This document shows positions 56,332 through 64,000 of a DNA stretch of 64,000 nt, one piece after another. The DNA is from Bdellovibrio sp. (GTDB taxonomy: Bacteria > Bdellovibrionota > Bdellovibrionia > Bdellovibrionales > Bdellovibrionaceae). Location: NCBI GenBank assembly GCA_036676395.1, contig JAKFCY010000002.1:1344001-1408000 (forward strand). The letters run 5' to 3'. The notes beneath the pieces were generated by a model, which was given only the letters and a program-made list of their open reading frames with translations, was not told the DNA's origin and did not search any database. Both the position numbers and the translations under genes were made by a program. Numbering within the stretch: position 1 is the stretch's first letter; each line of letters begins with the position of its first letter.

Positions 56332-58839
56332 GTGGAAGCACTACTAACCTATCAAGGATTTTTAACGAGCTGCGGGCCTATGTGGGCGCTGATCGTTGGA
56401 TCAATTTTTATTCTACTTTTCATCGGCTTTTTTGATCTGCCGTTGTTTGTTTGGGCGGTGGTTTCTGTCGGTTTACTATTCGGCTTAGGCGCGCCTAGTG
56501 CGGTAACTGCAGTTGTTGCAGCATTATTTATTTTATTCTTAATCAAGCCAATCAGAACCTTGTTAATTTCATCTCCGTTAATGAAATTGATGAAAGGCAT
56601 TATGCCAAACATCTCGCAAACCGAGCGTACGGCGCTTGAGGCTGGCGTAGTTTGGATCGAAAAAGACTTGTTCTCAGGGCGACCTGATTTTAAAAAAATC
56701 TTGGCTGAACCGTACGCAAAGCTTACTGCTGAAGAGCAAGCGTTCATGGATGGTCCAGTTGAAGAGCTTTGTAAAATGGCAAATCCTTGGAAAATCTGGC
56801 GTAACCGTGAAATGCCGCAAGAAATGTGGCAATTCGTAAAAGACAAAGGCTTTTTAGGAATGATCATTCCTAAAGAATACGGTGGTCTAGGTTTTTCTAA
56901 TATGGCGCACTCTGAAGTGGTCATGAAATTATCGACGCGTTCTATTTCAGCTTCAATCTCTGTGATGGTGCCGAACTCTTTAGGGCCTGCAGAATTATTA
57001 ATTCACTACGGAACAGAAGCGCAAAAAAATCACTGGTTACCTCGTTTAGCTAAAGGCCAAGAGATTCCATGTTTCGGCCTAACAGAGCCCTTAGCTGGTT
57101 CTGATGCCGGATCAATTACTTCTTCTGGAGTAGTTTTTAAAGACACTGACGGTAAATTAAAAATCAAATTAAACTGGAACAAACGTTGGATTACATTGGC
57201 GTCTGTTTCAACAGTGATCGGTATGGCTTTCCGTTTACGCGATCCAGAAAATCTATTAGGCAAAGGCGAAGACCTAGGTATCACTTGCGCACTTGTTCCT
57301 TCAAGCACTCCGGGTGTGATCAATGATCGTCGCCATGATCCTTTATCGATTCCTTTCCACAATTGTCCGACGCAAGGTAAAGACGTTGTTATCACAGTTG
57401 AAGACTCAGTCGTTGGCGGAGCTGAAGGCTGCGGTAAAGGTTGGGGCATGTTAATGGAATGTTTGGCTGCAGGTCGCGGCGTTTCGTTGCCGGCGCAATC
57501 AACGGGTGGCTTAAAACTTTGTTACCGTACAGCTTCTTCACACGCTTTTATTCGTAAACAATTTGGTCTTTCAATCGGTAAATTTGAAGGTGTTGAAGAG
57601 CCAATGGCTCGTATCGGCGCTAAAGCTTACGGCTTAGATGCGGCTCGTAGATTTACATTAGGCGCATTAGATAAAGGTGTAAAACCTCCGGTAGTCACAG
57701 CAATGATGAAATACCACGCCACAGAAATGTCTCGTTCTGCAGTGAATGATTGTATGGATATCATGGGCGGCGCGGGGATTTCTTTAGGACAAAGAAATTT
57801 AATCGCTGAAGGTTACGTAGCCATGCCAATCGGTATTACGGTTGAAGGGGCTAACATCATGACAAGAACTTTGATCATCTTTGGTCAAGGGGCTTTACGT
57901 TGTCATCCTTACGCGTTTGACGAAGTTCGTGCTGTTGAAGCGGGTGATGCAAAAGCATTTGATACCGCTTTCTGGGGCCACATCGGTCACGTTGTATCGA
58001 ACCTTTGCCGTTCTAAATTATTATCATTATCTCGTGGTTACTTAGCGTGCGCTCCATCAGGAGTTCATCCTAAAACAAAAATCCACTACCGTCGTTTACA
58101 ATGGGCTTCAGCAACTTTTGCTATTTTAGCTGACGTTGCAATGGGTACATTAGGCGGACAATTAAAATTAAAAGAAAAAATCACTGGTCGTTTTGCAGAT
58201 ATTTTTTCGCATATGTACTTATCGACTGCAGCACTTCGTCGTTTCGAAGAAGAAGGTCAACGTGAAGAAGATCTTCCTTATTTACAGTATTTCTTAAAAG
58301 ATCAAATGGCGCAGATCCAAAAATCATTTGATGGATTATTTGATAACTTAAAACTAGATGTACCAGTTATCGGCGGCATCTACCGTTTTATCATGAAAGA
58401 CATCTTAGGCGCATGGTCTCGCATTAATTCAATCGGTTCACAAGGTACAGATGGTTGGTCACACTTAATCACAGCATCGATGATGAAAGCTGGCGAACAA
58501 CGCGACCGTATCACTGATGGTATTTACTGGTGCACTGAAAGAGGCCAAGGCCCTGCAGAAGTGATTGCCCGTTTATCAAAAGGTGATCAAACAGCGCGTT
58601 TAGAAAATGCATTTAACGTAGTAACTCGCGCCGAAGCTGCCGAGAAAAAAATCCGTGCAGCAATCAAAGCTGGATCTATTCCTAAGAAAAAAGGAAAAGG
58701 CTCTTGGGATGACGCTTTAGCCAGAAAGATCATTTCACAAGACGAATTCAACTTACTATCAGAGGCAGATAAAGTACGTTTCGATGCGATCTTGGTAGAT
58801 GATTTCTCTGAGAGCGAATACCAAAATAAACTTCCATAG
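56332..58839 (+). CDS. fadE: Acyl-CoA dehydrogenase FadE
   Basis: N-terminal TM, ISQTERTALEAG, VMVPNSLGPAELL, PCFGLTEP.AGSDA, ITVEGANI.TR motifs, C-terminal extension. Confidence 0.95.
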   Translation: MEALLTYQGFLTSCGPMWALIVGSIFILLFIGFFDLPLFVWAVVSVGLLFGLGAPSAVTAVVAALFILFLIKPIRTLLISSPLMKLMKGIMPNISQTERTALEAGVVWIEKDLFSGRPDFKKILAEPYAKLTAEEQAFMDGPVEELCKMANPWKIWRNREMPQEMWQFVKDKGFLGMIIPKEYGGLGFSNMAHSEVVMKLSTRSISASISVMVPNSLGPAELLIHYGTEAQKNHWLPRLAKGQEIPCFGLTEPLAGSDAGSITSSGVVFKDTDGKLKIKLNWNKRWITLASVSTVIGMAFRLRDPENLLGKGEDLGITCALVPSSTPGVINDRRHDPLSIPFHNCPTQGKDVVITVEDSVVGGAEGCGKGWGMLMECLAAGRGVSLPAQSTGGLKLCYRTASSHAFIRKQFGLSIGKFEGVEEPMARIGAKAYGLDAARRFTLGALDKGVKPPVVTAMMKYHATEMSRSAVNDCMDIMGGAGISLGQRNLIAEGYVAMPIGITVEGANIMTRTLIIFGQGALRCHPYAFDEVRAVEAGDAKAFDTAFWGHIGHVVSNLCRSKLLSLSRGYLACAPSGVHPKTKIHYRRLQWASATFAILADVAMGTLGGQLKLKEKITGRFADIFSHMYLSTAALRRFEEEGQREEDLPYLQYFLKDQMAQIQKSFDGLFDNLKLDVPVIGGIYRFIMKDILGAWSRINSIGSQGTDGWSHLITASMMKAGEQRDRITDGIYWCTERGQGPAEVIARLSKGDQTARLENAFNVVTRAEAAEKKIRAAIKAGSIPKKKGKGSWDDALARKIISQDEFNLLSEADKVRFDAILVDDFSESEYQNKLP

Positions 58840-58872
58840 GTGCCAGGCCCTGTTTCTGGTCACATCGCAACA

Positions 58873-58904
58873 AAAAAAAGGCGACCATCGGGTCGCCTTT
58901 TTTT
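58873..58904. terminator. Bidirectional rho-independent terminator
   Basis: AAAAAAAGGCGACC-ATCG-GGTCGCCTTTTTTT. Confidence 0.9.
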
Positions 58905-58930
58905 ATCACAAATATTTAAAGCTAAAATGA

Positions 58931-59584
58931 CTAGAACTTGATTAAGCCATTGCCTAAAGAAAGTTGCGTCGATTCTTTAGAAGCAAAAACGTAGTAAGTA
59001 ACCGAAGAGTTTTGTTTATTCGTCGACTGAATTGATTTCTCCGTTAACATTTGGCTTGGATCAATCACTAATTGACCATCAACTGTTTGCAAATCAGCAG
59101 TTAAATATAAGTAGCCGTTAAACGGAGATAGGTAAGTCGCTACTTTTTCATAATCAAACGGGGCTTTTGCCGGAAGTAAAATCGCTTCGTTTAAACCTAA
59201 AGTGGCATAGAGTGATTGGTTGCCAGAAAATTTATGAATATTAGTTTCGCAAGTTTCATCTTCAGATTGAATTGAAATAGATGCAGAGATTGTTCTTGCC
59301 GTAGTGAAAGTCCAACCAGTTTTTATATCAGTTAAAGTAAATAACATTTGGCCGATTTCAAATTTAGCCGAAGTTACGCAGAATAAATCATTATCATCAC
59401 GGTGAGTAGAATAAGCTAAACCACTAATCGACTTTGTCGTCTTCGGTGTGAAAGTGGCGCTCATCTCATAAAGACCAGCGTTTGTTTTTCCGTAAAGATT
59501 TGTGAAGTCTAAGGCTGCTTTTTGAGTAAAAGCATTAACGTTAATTGATACTGTGAAAGCGGCTAAGGCTAAAAGAAGTTTCAT
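58931..59584 (-). CDS. Secreted beta-rich hypothetical protein
   Basis: Signal peptide ending VNA; GGGAG RBS. Confidence 0.75.
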   Translation of the reverse strand: MKLLLALAAFTVSINVNAFTQKAALDFTNLYGKTNAGLYEMSATFTPKTTKSISGLAYSTHRDDNDLFCVTSAKFEIGQMLFTLTDIKTGWTFTTARTISASISIQSEDETCETNIHKFSGNQSLYATLGLNEAILLPAKAPFDYEKVATYLSPFNGYLYLTADLQTVDGQLVIDPSQMLTEKSIQSTNKQNSSVTYYVFASKESTQLSLGNGLIKF

Positions 59585-59632
59585 ATGGTTGTCTCCCTGA
59601 TGCCCTGTTTATGCCAGCTTGGTTGGTATCGC

Positions 59633-60058
59633 TCAAGTCAGGGTTTTGTTAGCACTCATGAAATAATAGCCAATTCCCACTATAATCGCTGCCGGTAATC
59701 CAATAAGGCCTAACCAGTAGATTGGCTTGATAAAATAATCAAAAGCTTGTGAAGCGAATGAGGCTTCGCCAGACATATTCATTAAATTAAGCAGTGATCC
59801 TGTAATAGCGCCGCTTGAGAAGATAAAAATAGGAATCACCACGCCTTTATAAAGCAAGGATTGTCTTTGAATTGTTTTATCACACCATTTAGCAACGATA
59901 ATCACTGTCCAGATACCGGCAAAAATAGGAATAAAGCCATTGTATTTTGAAAATGAAAACATCAGCTGAAAAAATTGTTTGTCCATAATTGCATACGCCG
60001 TGATAGCAGCAATCACTAAACCAAGAAGACTGCCAAAAAAGTAATAATTTTTTTTCAT
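59633..60058 (-). CDS. Four-TM hypothetical membrane protein
   Basis: Four hydrophobic segments; downstream of yccF on the same strand. Confidence 0.7.
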   Translation of the reverse strand: MKKNYYFFGSLLGLVIAAITAYAIMDKQFFQLMFSFSKYNGFIPIFAGIWTVIIVAKWCDKTIQRQSLLYKGVVIPIFIFSSGAITGSLLNLMNMSGEASFASQAFDYFIKPIYWLGLIGLPAAIIVGIGYYFMSANKTLT

Positions 60059-60067
60059 GATTGATCC

Positions 60068-60454
60068 TTAAGTGAAAATGATGGCTTTACCGATTGGCGC
60101 AAACGAGATTTTAGCTAACTTAAAATGCTGTAATCCCCAAGGCAGACCAATGATTGTAATGCTAAATAATAAACCCCAGAAAATATGAAGCGCGGCTAAC
60201 CACCAACCGCAGAATACAAACCACAAGATATTACCCAAAGTGCCAAGTGAGCCTGTGCCAATGTCTGACCCGATGCGAGTTTGCACACTTGAACCAAAAG
60301 GCCATAAGTTTAATAAACCTATATTAAAAGCTGCACGCGCCCACGGAATTCCAACAATTGAAATCACCATAAAAAGAGCTGAAGTAAACCAAGATAAGGC
60401 CGTCGTCCAACCGCCAAAAAATAACCACAATAAGTTTAATAACACATTCATCAT
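60068..60454 (-). CDS. yccF: YccF-domain inner membrane protein
   Basis: Duplicated LNLLWLFFGGW...SIVGIPW / GNILWFVFCGW...TIIGLPWGLQHFK motifs. Confidence 0.9.
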   Translation of the reverse strand: MMNVLLNLLWLFFGGWTTALSWFTSALFMVISIVGIPWARAAFNIGLLNLWPFGSSVQTRIGSDIGTGSLGTLGNILWFVFCGWWLAALHIFWGLLFSITIIGLPWGLQHFKLAKISFAPIGKAIIFT

Positions 60455-60949
60455 TTAAATTTTCATCCTTTTAACAGTAGTGCTTTGATCAAGACGAAAC
60501 TTTTCTAGTTTTTTTGCGATGTCTTGATTTTCAATCGCTAACATTTGTAGAGCTAATAAGCCTGCGTTAGCAGAATTTCCAATCGATACCGTCGCCACAG
60601 GCACACCTTTTGGCATTTGCACGATTGAAAGTAAGCTATCCATACCATCTAGTGATTTAGATTTTACCGGCACGCCGATAACGGGCAGGGTGGTGTAACT
60701 GGCAGTCATTCCGGGTAAGTGAGCAGCACCACCAGCACCTGCGATAATCACTTTGATTCCGTTATCACGGGCATTCATTGCAAATTCACGCATATCATCC
60801 GGAGTTCTATGCGCTGATAAAACTTTTTTTTCAAAAGGAATTTTAAAATCAGTTAAGACTTCGCAAGCGGCTTTCATGGTCTCCCAATCAGATTGGCTTC
60901 CCATAATAACAGCAACTTGAGCTTTTGATTTTTTAATGGTTTTTTTCAT
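60455..60949 (-). CDS. purE: N5-CAIR mutase
   Basis: [37 protein letters not shown] motifs. Confidence 0.98.
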   Translation of the reverse strand: MKKTIKKSKAQVAVIMGSQSDWETMKAACEVLTDFKIPFEKKVLSAHRTPDDMREFAMNARDNGIKVIIAGAGGAAHLPGMTASYTTLPVIGVPVKSKSLDGMDSLLSIVQMPKGVPVATVSIGNSANAGLLALQMLAIENQDIAKKLEKFRLDQSTTVKRMKI

Positions 60950-62085
60950 AGAGAGTAAATCCCTTTCAAATGTTTTACTTGAGAAAATATTTCGTCTTTG
61001 TTGTTTCCACAGACTGTAAAATGCCCCATCTTGCGACCGGGTTTGGAATTTGTTTTTCCGTACAGATGTAAATGGCCATTTTTAATTTTTAAAAATTCTG
61101 CAATTGGTTCTAATTGCGAGATTTGGTTTTTAGTGCCTAGTAAATTTAGCATGACTGCATATTTGCTGGTTAAAGTCGTTTCACCTAAAGGTAAACCCAT
61201 CACACTGCGCACATGATTATGAAACTGTGAAGTCACGCATGCATTCATGCTGTAATGCCCAGAATTATGTGGACGCGGGGCTGATTCGTTTAAATAAACT
61301 TGATCGTCATCTGTTAGAAAAAATTCGAAAGCATATAAGCCGCGCGCATTAATTGCGGTTAGTGCAAGTTCTGTAAAAGCTTTAATTTTAGTTTCTACAG
61401 CAGGTGAAACATCTGCAGGAATTGTAACATAATGGCAAATGTGATTTTCTTGCACAGTTTCAGCAATCGGATAATAAACTGTGCCGCTATCGTTTCGCGC
61501 AGCCATGATAGCAATTTCTTTTTTATATGGAACAAAAGCTTCAACTAATTTACGACCTTTTAGTTTATGTAGCGCTTCGTCAATCATATCTTCAGATTTA
61601 ATAGTCACGTTGCCGTAACCGTCGTATCCACCCTTTGCAGATTTCATAACAACAGGTAATCCGTAAGTATTAATAAACGAAACAACATCTGCTTTTGTTG
61701 CTACTTCTTGATACGGGCAAACGGCAATCCCAGCGTTAGAGAAAGTATTTTTCTCGGTGATTTTATCTCCGATAAATTTAAATGTCTCTGCTGAGGGGTA
61801 AAGTTTGTTTGGTTTTCTTTGTTCAATTGCTTCTAGAATAGATTGATCGATGAACTCATTTTCTAAAGTGATATAATCGCACTGATCAACGAAAGCTAAA
61901 ATTTTATCTAGATTATTAAAGTCAGATTTTGTAGTGAAGTTGCCAACTTGCGAAGCGGGACTTGTTGTATCTACGGCTTCGTTACATAAGACATGAGTTT
62001 TGATTCCTAGGTCGTGTGCGGCCAGAGCTGTCATACGCGACAACTGTCCGCTTCCTAAAATACCTAAGACCGTATTTGCATTCAT
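60946..62085 (-). CDS. purK: N5-CAIR synthetase (start ATG 62085)
   Basis: [36 protein letters not shown]...PGRKMGH motifs. Confidence 0.96.
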   Translation of the reverse strand: MNANTVLGILGSGQLSRMTALAAHDLGIKTHVLCNEAVDTTSPASQVGNFTTKSDFNNLDKILAFVDQCDYITLENEFIDQSILEAIEQRKPNKLYPSAETFKFIGDKITEKNTFSNAGIAVCPYQEVATKADVVSFINTYGLPVVMKSAKGGYDGYGNVTIKSEDMIDEALHKLKGRKLVEAFVPYKKEIAIMAARNDSGTVYYPIAETVQENHICHYVTIPADVSPAVETKIKAFTELALTAINARGLYAFEFFLTDDDQVYLNESAPRPHNSGHYSMNACVTSQFHNHVRSVMGLPLGETTLTSKYAVMLNLLGTKNQISQLEPIAEFLKIKNGHLHLYGKTNSKPGRKMGHFTVCGNNKDEIFSQVKHLKGIYSL

Positions 62086-62138
62086 GTGCTTACGAATATA
62101 CGAGTGACTGCCTAAATATTCAATGAGATTATGGCTGC

Positions 62139-62597
62139 ATGGGTTCACCTAAAGTTAAAGTAAAGGCGCAGGTATTGATCATTAACGGTGATAAGGTGCT
62201 CGTATATCGCGTATTAGACGAAAAAACTGGAACACATATATATAGACTGATCGGCGGGCGGATAGAGTTCGGCGAATTGTCTGAAAAAGCAGCTATTCGT
62301 GAATTCTTTGAAGAAACTCATATCGAAGTCAAAAGCCAACAGCACGTGGGTTGTTTTGAAAGTATCTATATATTGCACGGAAAACCAAAACACGAATTCG
62401 TACAAATTTATGTCTGCGAATTTGTTGATAAATCCCATTATAATAAAACAAGTTTTAAACTTTTCGAACCTGGTGAAATTCTAAATGACGCAGAATGGGT
62501 TGATGCAAAATTGTTAAGTCAGAAATCGACGCCATTTTATCCAGAAAAGTTAAAAGCGACCCTAACTGATAAACTTCTTGAAAACAAAACTGTCTAA
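62139..62597 (+). CDS. NUDIX hydrolase
   Basis: Nudix box GGRIEFGELSEKAAIREFFEET. Confidence 0.88.
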   Translation: MGSPKVKVKAQVLIINGDKVLVYRVLDEKTGTHIYRLIGGRIEFGELSEKAAIREFFEETHIEVKSQQHVGCFESIYILHGKPKHEFVQIYVCEFVDKSHYNKTSFKLFEPGEILNDAEWVDAKLLSQKSTPFYPEKLKATLTDKLLENKTV

Positions 62598-62606
62598 TCC
62601 TATAGT
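62578..62606 (+). promoter_or_regulatory. Putative sigma70 promoter of purF
   Basis: TTGAAA-N17-TATAGT. Confidence 0.65.
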
Positions 62607-62680
62607 GTCCTCACAACACTTAACCATCCATGTGTTCAGTAGACTAGTAATACATGTGGTGTTTTTATATAGGAGTCCCC

Positions 62681-64000
62681 ATGTGTGGTGTGATTGGAGT
62701 TTTTGGAACTCCGTATTCATCTCAAGAGGTTCAACAAGGTTTGCAGCTCTTGCAACACCGAGGACAAGACGCAGCCGGCATCCTATCTTTTAATTCTCAA
62801 ACAAAAAATTTTTCGCTCTATAAAGATGTAGGACTTGTTTCTAAAGTTTTCGACGACAGTAAACTTTATGGAATTACAGGTGACATCAGCATTGGCCACA
62901 CTCGTTATGCCACAGTCGGCCCCAAGACGGCGATTGATGCAAAAAGGGATTTGCAACCGATGATGGTGAATTACCCTTTCGGAATCGGAATGGTTCATAA
63001 CGGTAATCTGGTAAATTACTATCAGTTAAAAAAAGAATTAAAAGAAACCAAGAATAGAATTCTTTTCACGCAAAACGATCTAGAAGCTCTTTTAAATATT
63101 TTATCGAATAATCTCTTAGAAAAAAATAACCTAAATTTCTCATTCGACGAATTCCAAGCCTCAGTAAAGTCCCTCTTTGATCAAGCCAAAGGGGGATTTT
63201 CAGTTTTGGGAGTCATTGCAGAAAAAGGCTTCTTTGCTTTTCGCGATCCACACGGAATTCGCCCATTAATTTTGGGTAGAAGAAATCTGACGGACGAAGA
63301 GAAAAAAGAAAACCCAAATCATTTCGGTGTAAGTTACTGTGCAAGTTCAGAAACGAATGCGATGAACTTTCTAGGTTACGAACCGATTCGTGATTTAAGC
63401 CCCGGTGAGATTATCTTTATTGATAATTCGGGCGAGATTTATTCTTCATCTAATTATTCGACACAGAATAAGATTCCGGCTAAAACGTGCATGTTTGAAT
63501 ACGTGTATTTTTCAAATCCAGAATCTAAATTAGAAAACGTCAGTATTTACGGAGCACGTTTAAATTTTGGTAAACACATTGCTGAAGAAATTCGTGGTAA
63601 AATTGATTCTGGTGTTATTAAGCCAGATATCATCGTGCCGATTCCTGAAACTTCTCGCGTAGCCGCCATCAGCATGTCTGAAACCTTAGGAATTCCATAC
63701 CGCGAAGTTTTAATTAAAAATCGTTACATTCAACGCAGTTTTATTTTAAATACTCAAGAATCCCGCAAGCGCGCAGTGCAGTTAAAATTAACGGCAATTG
63801 CTTCTGAGATTAAAGGTAAAAACGTAATGTTAGTGGATGACTCGGTTGTTCGCGGAACGACATCTAAGAAAATCATCGATATGGTTCGCGAAGCGGGGGC
63901 TAATGAAGTTTATTTAGCTTCAACTTGTCCGCCGATTCGTCATCCTTGTTTTTACGGCGTGGATTTTCCAGACCCGAATGAATTAGTTGCTCATGGAAAA
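62681..64000 (+). CDS. purF: Amidophosphoribosyltransferase, 3' partial (absent from the ORF track because it runs off the window)
   Basis: AGGAG RBS then MCGVIG; LQHRGQDAAG, GHTRYAT, HNGNL, RDPHGIRPL, CMFEYVYF, LVDDSVVRGTTS, PCFYGVD read directly from the sequence. Confidence 0.97.
   Translation, partial: MCGVIGVFGTPYSSQEVQQGLQLLQHRGQDAAGILSFNSQTKNFSLYKDVGLVSKVFDDSKLYGITGDISIGHTRYATVGPKTAIDAKRDLQPMMVNYPFGIGMVHNGNLVNYYQLKKELKETKNRILFTQNDLEALLNILSNNLLEKNNLNFSFDEFQASVKSLFDQAKGGFSVLGVIAEKGFFAFRDPHGIRPLILGRRNLTDEEKKENPNHFGVSYCASSETNAMNFLGYEPIRDLSPGEIIFIDNSGEIYSSSNYSTQNKIPAKTCMFEYVYFSNPESKLENVSIYGARLNFGKHIAEEIRGKIDSGVIKPDIIVPIPETSRVAAISMSETLGIPYREVLIKNRYIQRSFILNTQESRKRAVQLKLTAIASEIKGKNVMLVDDSVVRGTTSKKIIDMVREAGANEVYLASTCPPIRHPCFYGVDFPDPNELVAHGK

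Noticed and set aside
58839..58863. GGTGCCAGGCCC as a REP-like repeat after fadE
   Set aside because: Single imperfect occurrence in this window; a repeat family cannot be supported from it.
4416..62998. Numerous 60-190 aa ORFs antisense to or nested within long genes (e.g. 4416-4619, 6845-7147, 44429-44800, 56352-56924, 62578-62793, 62783-62998)
   Set aside because: They overlap well-supported genes, lack motifs and RBSs, and are expected shadow ORFs; the last two overlap the real purF.

Overview
An AT-rich, gene-dense bacterial chromosomal window, most likely from a predatory Bdellovibrionaceae-type organism. This is inferred from two S74-chaperone trimeric fibre (MAT-like) genes, a Bdellovibrio-type HNH gene, many orphan secreted proteins and sigma28-like promoters. 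Housekeeping content: tgt-yajC-secD-secF-recJ-queC-DUF366-DUF547, photolyase, nrnA, greA, tatA, an Opp/Dpp peptide ABC operon, sohB, nnrD, a DsbB/DsbA pair, mutM, fadE, purK-purE and a partial purF that the ORF track misses. I found no rRNA, tRNA, CRISPR array, transposase, integrase or reverse transcriptase by eye. Most interesting candidates: (1) a sigma28-driven operon of three minor-pilin-like genes plus a secreted Cys-rich protein, ending in an uncharacterised membrane protein with four His motifs; (2) two tandem fibre genes with near-identical N- and C-termini around different mosaic middles; (3) a recurring sigma28 -10 box exactly 7 nt before start codons, with an upstream TYTCA-N3-TGARA palindrome and a perfect 20-bp palindrome over one fibre promoter; (4) a switch-like structured leader before purF; (5) a hairpin-rich region upstream of the HNH gene; (6) DUF366 linked to queC and tgt. 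All family calls come from motif recognition only; no database searches were run.
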